From an uncultured Pseudobdellovibrionaceae bacterium (lineage in GTDB: Bacteria; Bdellovibrionota; FAC87; UBA2466), in NCBI GenBank assembly GCA_964653655.1, contig CAZZHG010000010.1:5885-69884 (forward strand): a stretch of 64,000 nucleotides of DNA, written 5' to 3'. Below are positions 62,235-64,000 of this stretch, piece by piece. The notes beneath the pieces are model-generated. The model worked only from the letters and a program-made list of their open reading frames with translations, had not been told where the DNA came from and searched no databases. Every line of letters begins with the position of its first letter. Within the stretch, counting starts at the first letter, position 1. The position numbers were made by a program, and so were the translations under genes.

Positions 62235-64000
62235 TTACTTGCTGCCCAAGGGGCCGCGCTTACCGCTCGCGGGAACCGAGGTGTTACCGGACTGGAGGTC
62301 GACTCCGCCCGTGGCGCCGAGGCGCTGGGGGACGACCGAGCGGGGCTTACCGGCGCCGCCGCTCTGAATCCGGTTCACGTTCGGAGCAGCCGTCTGCTGA
62401 CCGCCGCCCTGAATCGCGGCGAGCTGCATCTGCATGTTGTTGTTAATCATCGTCTGCATCGCGGTCTCTTCTTCTTTCAGACCACCGAGCTGTCCTTCGA
62501 GCTTGGAGGCCGCAGCGAGAAGATCGTCGCGCCGTTTGGCGAGCGCCTTAATCTTCTTGTTGCCTTCCTGAACCTTGCTCTCGACTTCGGCTTTGAACTT
62601 AGCCAGCTCTTCGTCGGCCGCGTTCGACTGGCCCGAAAGAGCCTGGAACTGGGCCTGAACCGCCTGCTGGGCTTCCTGAGTCTTCGCGAACTGGGCGCCT
62701 TGCTGGACCGACTCAAGCGCTTTCTTCGCCTTGTCGGACTTCGCTTGGAGCTCCTGCTCCTTGCGCTTCACCCATTCCGGGAGAGCGTCACGTCCGCCGC
62801 CTTTGAGCTCGTTCTCGAGCTGTTCGTCGAGGCGAGCGGCCCGCTCTTTCATCGCCGTGATGGAGCCCTGAGCCGTGCGGAGTTCGCCCTGGACCCGAGC
62901 CTTCGCCATCACGAGATCCGTCAGACCAGGATTCTGGCCGAGGGTCGCGAGAGCCGAGGTGCGGGTCTCCGGGTTCGTCTTCGAAATTTGCGTCTCACCT
63001 TCACGCAGTTCCCGTCCACCCGTCTGCGAAGGCAGATTCAGGTTGATGGGCTGCTGAACCGCGTTCGACGACTGCACCGGGAGCTGCAGAGGAGGAAGCG
63101 GCTCTTCGACCGGGGCTTCCGGCTTGCGCGGGAGCGGCTGATCGAACAGACCGTTGTTGTCGTTGCGGGGCTCGTTGGCCGCGAGCGGAGGAGTCACAGG
63201 AGCCGGGGGCGGAGGCGCCACCTGCTGCTGCTGATTCTGTCCGAGCGCGTTCTGGAGCAAGCCCGGGAGGATGTCTTCCAACCGGTCCTTGTTCTCGTTA
63301 CGGGCCACATCGCCGATCCGCGAGGTCGCGGCGAAACGGTTAAAGAGCTCGTTCACTCCGTTGAGCTGGTCGTTCAGCAAGTTCTTGTTGCTGTCGAGCG
63401 CAGCCTGGGCGGCGTTGAAACGGTCACAGATCTGCTGAGCCGCTTTCTCGAGGCCGGCGTCGTTGACTTCGCCGGTTCCGAGACGCTGCTGCTGCATCGC
63501 CTGGAGCGCCGCTTGGAGCTGGGCGTTGCGGGCGGCCTGTTCGGCAGCCAGCTTCTTCGCCGCTTCAATCTCTTTGTCCTTCGCCGACGTATCCGGGGTC
63601 GGCTTCGCGCTCGGCTCTTCAGTGATGACCGGGCTCGGAGACGCGGAGGGTTCCGCCTTCTCTTCCGTCAGGCCGAGGGCCGCGCGAATCGCGGGGTCGC
63701 TGAACAACTCTTCGAGAAACTTTTCGTCCTCGAGCTTCGACTTGTCCATCTTCAGAATCTTGGCGAGCAGGTCCTTCAGGGCGTTCATGCGGATGAACCC
63801 GCCGAACTCCTTCGAGGAGACCTGGTCGAATCCGATTTCCGCTTCAGCGCGGAAACGATCGAGCTTGCCTTCTTTGATGGCCTTCAGCATGCCGGCTTTG
63901 ATGCCTTCGGCAAACTGAAAGGGCTCGTTGGCGAAAGAAGCCACGAAGAGCTTAGCGCCTTCGGCGCCTTTGCCTTTCGTGCCGCCTTCGGGGCTTTCGA
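62235..64000 (-). CDS. Hypothetical coiled-coil protein, Gln/Ala-rich with a Pro-rich linker (N-terminus beyond the window end)
   Basis: ORF 62235..63944 begins at an internal GTG, but the reading frame stays open to the window edge (...ESPEGGTKGKGAEGAKLF-VASFANEPFQF...), so the true start is probably outside. Long heptad-like Q/A/E/K stretches; PPPPAPVTPP linker. Confidence 0.5.
   Translation of the reverse strand, partial: ESPEGGTKGKGAEGAKLFVASFANEPFQFAEGIKAGMLKAIKEGKLDRFRAEAEIGFDQVSSKEFGGFIRMNALKDLLAKILKMDKSKLEDEKFLEELFSDPAIRAALGLTEEKAEPSASPSPVITEEPSAKPTPDTSAKDKEIEAAKKLAAEQAARNAQLQAALQAMQQQRLGTGEVNDAGLEKAAQQICDRFNAAQAALDSNKNLLNDQLNGVNELFNRFAATSRIGDVARNENKDRLEDILPGLLQNALGQNQQQQVAPPPPAPVTPPLAANEPRNDNNGLFDQPLPRKPEAPVEEPLPPLQLPVQSSNAVQQPINLNLPSQTGGRELREGETQISKTNPETRTSALATLGQNPGLTDLVMAKARVQGELRTAQGSITAMKERAARLDEQLENELKGGGRDALPEWVKRKEQELQAKSDKAKKALESVQQGAQFAKTQEAQQAVQAQFQALSGQSNAADEELAKFKAEVESKVQEGNKKIKALAKRRDDLLAAASKLEGQLGGLKEEETAMQTMINNNMQMQLAAIQGGGQQTAAPNVNRIQSGGAGKPRSVVPQRLGATGGVDLQSGNTSVPASGKRGPLGSK

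Overview
This 64-kb window is GC-rich (roughly 60-65% by eye) bacterial chromosomal DNA, and most of it is densely packed housekeeping genes on both strands. The long ORFs that read antisense to clearly conserved genes are artefacts of the high GC content and are not called.

Confident calls:
- guaB-guaA on the minus strand, joined with almost no spacing to a four-gene aromatic ring-cleavage 'lower pathway' set: a RidA-family protein, an aldehyde dehydrogenase, a hydratase, and a partial decarboxylase-like paralog that runs off the window start.
- dnaK, an FmdB zinc-ribbon protein, groES-groEL, enolase, leucyl aminopeptidase PepA and uvrA.
- A lone ribosomal protein L3 gene (rplC) outside any S10 operon context.
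- The ffh-rpsP-KH protein-rimM-trmD block, then rpsA-sppA.
- ExbB/ExbD, the TldD/PmbA peptidase pair, an ABC-2 ATPase and permease translationally coupled to prepilin peptidase pilD, then a GalE-like epimerase.
- A sigma-54 enhancer-binding protein followed by an archease-like gene.

There are also several secreted or lipoprotein hypotheticals, a gingipain-like C25 cysteine protease and a C45 Ntn-hydrolase-like protein. No transposase, integrase, CRISPR array, rRNA or intact tRNA was found.

The most unusual non-coding structure is a palindromic repeat family. One near-perfect 37-bp-arm palindrome sits after galE at 29587..29678, and three 128-bp tandem units carrying a degenerate version sit at 61588..61965. 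Each unit contains a tRNA T-arm-like GGTTCGAATCC motif.

Other observations worth a second look:
- A sigma-54 -24/-12 match in a 550-bp divergent intergenic region upstream of the pilD-linked operon.
- An orphan terminator-bounded intergenic region at 38031..38326.
- A 25-bp inverted repeat between the convergent exbD and C45 genes.

Everything here is read from sequence alone; family names are inferred from motifs and no database search was run.
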